Source of the DNA: a virus
DNA length: 64,000 nucleotides
IMG/VR virus record: IMGVR_UViG_3300009068_000024
Span: 73,504 to 137,503 of that record
Reading direction: 5' to 3' (one strand)
This document shows, one piece after another, positions 62,222-64,000 of this stretch. Made by a program: the position numbers and the translations under genes. Below the pieces are notes generated by a model. That model had not been told where the DNA came from. It worked only from the letters and a program-made list of their open reading frames with translations, and did not search any database. Position 1 is the first letter of the stretch; each line of letters starts with the position of its first letter.

Positions 62222-63460
62222 CTAAGTAAATATGTAGTATGAAGCAAGAACTGTAGATGTGCTAGTTTGAGTGAAAGTATTAGTGGACCATCCAGCTATA
62301 GTTCCAGCAGCAGGGAAATTTCCAAATCCAGATGTTGTTGTAGCAAATGGACTAATGGATGTAGTAGAAGTTGAGGTAGTAGTGTAAGAAACTAATGAAG
62401 TTGTCACTGCTGTTCCACTTGTTGTAACTGGACCCCAAACAACTCCATCTGTCTTAAGTTTTGCTGCTGCAGATATAGAACCGATGTTTACTAAAATATC
62501 TTCATCTGATGTAAGTCTTAGGTTTGAGGCAATTGTTGAGTACACTGAACCAGCAGAAATGCTTCTAGCCCAGTTGAGGGTTCCATCTGAGTTTAGTTTT
62601 ACTATAGGGCTAATATTTGTACCGCTAACTGAACCAGATACAAAGTAAACATTTCCAGAAGCATCTATATCGAGTAAAGCACTTGCACTCCACTTATTGT
62701 AGTTTCCTCCTGTGGGGACACTTTTTCTCCAAGTAGCAGTGAGACTGGAGTTAAATTTATACACATATTGACTAGAAACTCCATAAACATTTCCAGAAGC
62801 ATCCCACTTAAGTGTTTCATGGGTCCAATTATATACTGCAAGTTTTGTTAAAGTTGAACTAAGTTTAAAGGTACCAAGACTATAAACCCAAACATTTCCA
62901 GATGGGTCTACCCCTGGAATTCTATATATCGGATTCCCGAGGTAGGTGTTGTACGCCATGGAACCATCAGATTTATTTAGAGTAACTACATAGCCGTCGT
63001 TTGTGTCTTTTGAAAATGCTGCTTCGTGATTAATTGCTGTTACTAATTGAGTGCTATTTAAAATTAAAATTGGTAGTGGACCATTTTGATTAGCATAAGT
63101 TGTTGCTTTTTTAGACCAAACAACACTACCATCACTGAGACTAAGTGCTGTAACTACTGGCATAGCAGATGAATTTATAGTTGAAATGTATATATTTGAA
63201 GAATCTATTGCAAAATATGCGCCTAAACCTGACAACCCTCCATGAGTTTTTGCCCATTGAAAAGTTCCATCTTTAGAATATTTATATAAATATCCATCAT
63301 TTGAAATATACACATTTCCAGAAGAATCGCTAACAATATCTCTACCAGCAAAAGTATTACCATTTGCCTCTACTGACCTTGGAAAAACAAAATATTTATT
63401 GACTATACCTACAACAGCAGTCTTAAAACTTCCAATGAGGCTACCAAGCACTCCAGTCAT
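62222..63460 (-). CDS. Beta-propeller virion-associated protein
   Basis: Repeated D.SGNVY / KY..DG...W blades; TAATG coupling gives the start MTGVLG at 63460. Confidence 0.7.
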   Translation of the reverse strand: MTGVLGSLIGSFKTAVVGIVNKYFVFPRSVEANGNTFAGRDIVSDSSGNVYISNDGYLYKYSKDGTFQWAKTHGGLSGLGAYFAIDSSNIYISTINSSAMPVVTALSLSDGSVVWSKKATTYANQNGPLPILILNSTQLVTAINHEAAFSKDTNDGYVVTLNKSDGSMAYNTYLGNPIYRIPGVDPSGNVWVYSLGTFKLSSTLTKLAVYNWTHETLKWDASGNVYGVSSQYVYKFNSSLTATWRKSVPTGGNYNKWSASALLDIDASGNVYFVSGSVSGTNISPIVKLNSDGTLNWARSISAGSVYSTIASNLRLTSDEDILVNIGSISAAAKLKTDGVVWGPVTTSGTAVTTSLVSYTTTSTSTTSISPFATTTSGFGNFPAAGTIAGWSTNTFTQTSTSTVLASYYIFT

Positions 63461-63999
63461 TATGTCAATCCATTTCCTGAAATGATCCATGAAGTTGCAG
63501 TGATCTTTACAGCTGTTGCCATACCGTAAGCAGCTAAAGTTCTTGTTCCTGTAGTTCCAGTTCCTGCTAAATATAAAGTATTAGTGGTGATTGCAATGCT
63601 AACAGATACAGAAGCTAGGTTTATAAAAGTAATTGTAGTTCCAATTTCAAAAGCAACATCTCCATTTGCTGGAATAGTTATTATTTGAGAAGCGGTGCTT
63701 CCAGAAAAATAAATATGTTTTCCAGCATCTGAAACTGTAAGTGTGTATGATGCAGTTTTAGCATTTTGCGGTATTCCTATGTAACCTACTGAGCTTGCAG
63801 AGGCAGCTGCGCTTGGAGTTGTTGGGGTGGGGGTAGTTCCTTGAATTCCTTGAGTACCCTGTACGCCTTGAATACTAGATCCAACTGTTCCCTGCAAACC
63901 TTGAATACCTTGAATACCTTGAACGCTAGTGCCTGTAGTACCTTGAATACCTTGAATACCTTGAACGCTAGTGCCTGTAGTACCTTGAATACCTTGAAT
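63460..63999 (-). CDS. Collagen-like fibre protein, C-terminal part (start outside window)
   Basis: Frame open to the window end; G-x-Q repeats, then YTL..SDAGK..TIPAN..VAFEIGT..W.ISG.LT fibre-tip domain. Confidence 0.8.
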   Translation of the reverse strand: MQGIQGTTGTSVQGIQGIQGTTGTSVQGIQGIQGLQGTVGSSIQGVQGTQGIQGTTPTPTTPSAAASASSVGYIGIPQNAKTASYTLTVSDAGKHIYFSGSTASQIITIPANGDVAFEIGTTITFINLASVSVSIAITTNTLYLAGTGTTGTRTLAAYGMATAVKITATSWIISGNGLT

Positions 64000-64000
64000 A
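63899..64000 (-). repeat. Tandem 42-nt repeat built from 9-nt CCTTGAATA units
   Basis: Copies at 63899-63940 and 63941-63982, plus a partial third. Confidence 0.9.

Noticed and set aside
23712-63490. ORF-track starts at 23712, 46598, 48374, 57357 and 63490
   Set aside because: They overlap upstream genes; downstream ATGs at 23853, 46625, 48359, 57264 and 63460 fit coupling or RBS better.
1-64000. tRNA or rRNA genes
   Set aside because: Intergenic gaps are short and no cloverleaf or T-loop consensus was recognised by eye; tRNAscan would be needed to exclude them fully.

Overview
This window is part of a large, AT-rich tailed-phage genome with siphovirus-type gene order. The host is probably an actinobacterium, inferred from a WhiB gene. 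Positions 1-40.7 kb (+) hold the virion module: a giant (>3,890 aa, 5'-truncated) multi-enzyme protein, a 1514-aa prohead-protease polyprotein, major capsid, head-tail genes, major tail, tail chaperones, tape measure, Dit and two large tail proteins. Positions 41-58 kb (mostly -) hold replication, recombination and regulation genes: dNMP kinase, serine resolvase, primase-helicase interrupted by one in-frame TAA, metallophosphoesterase, WhiB, SSB, AAA ATPase, PD-(D/E)xK nuclease, SNF2 helicase, RuvC-like and PolA. Positions 58-64 kb hold glycan/sulfation genes and a collagen-like fibre that runs off the window. The most striking feature is an invariant hexapeptide, PSQNRE, found 7 times in the giant protein with varied codons. 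It sits at the boundaries of modules containing two R-S-ExE ADP-ribosyltransferase-like domains, three GNAT-like domains, a ParB-like domain and two HExxH zincin-like domains, which suggests a processed, virion-delivered effector polyprotein. A second motif, (V/L/I)-x-A-(S/A), resembling herpesvirus assemblin cleavage sites, punctuates the protease and capsid precursor, and the protease gene has a likely nested in-frame start. All product calls come from motif reading and gene order, with no database search.
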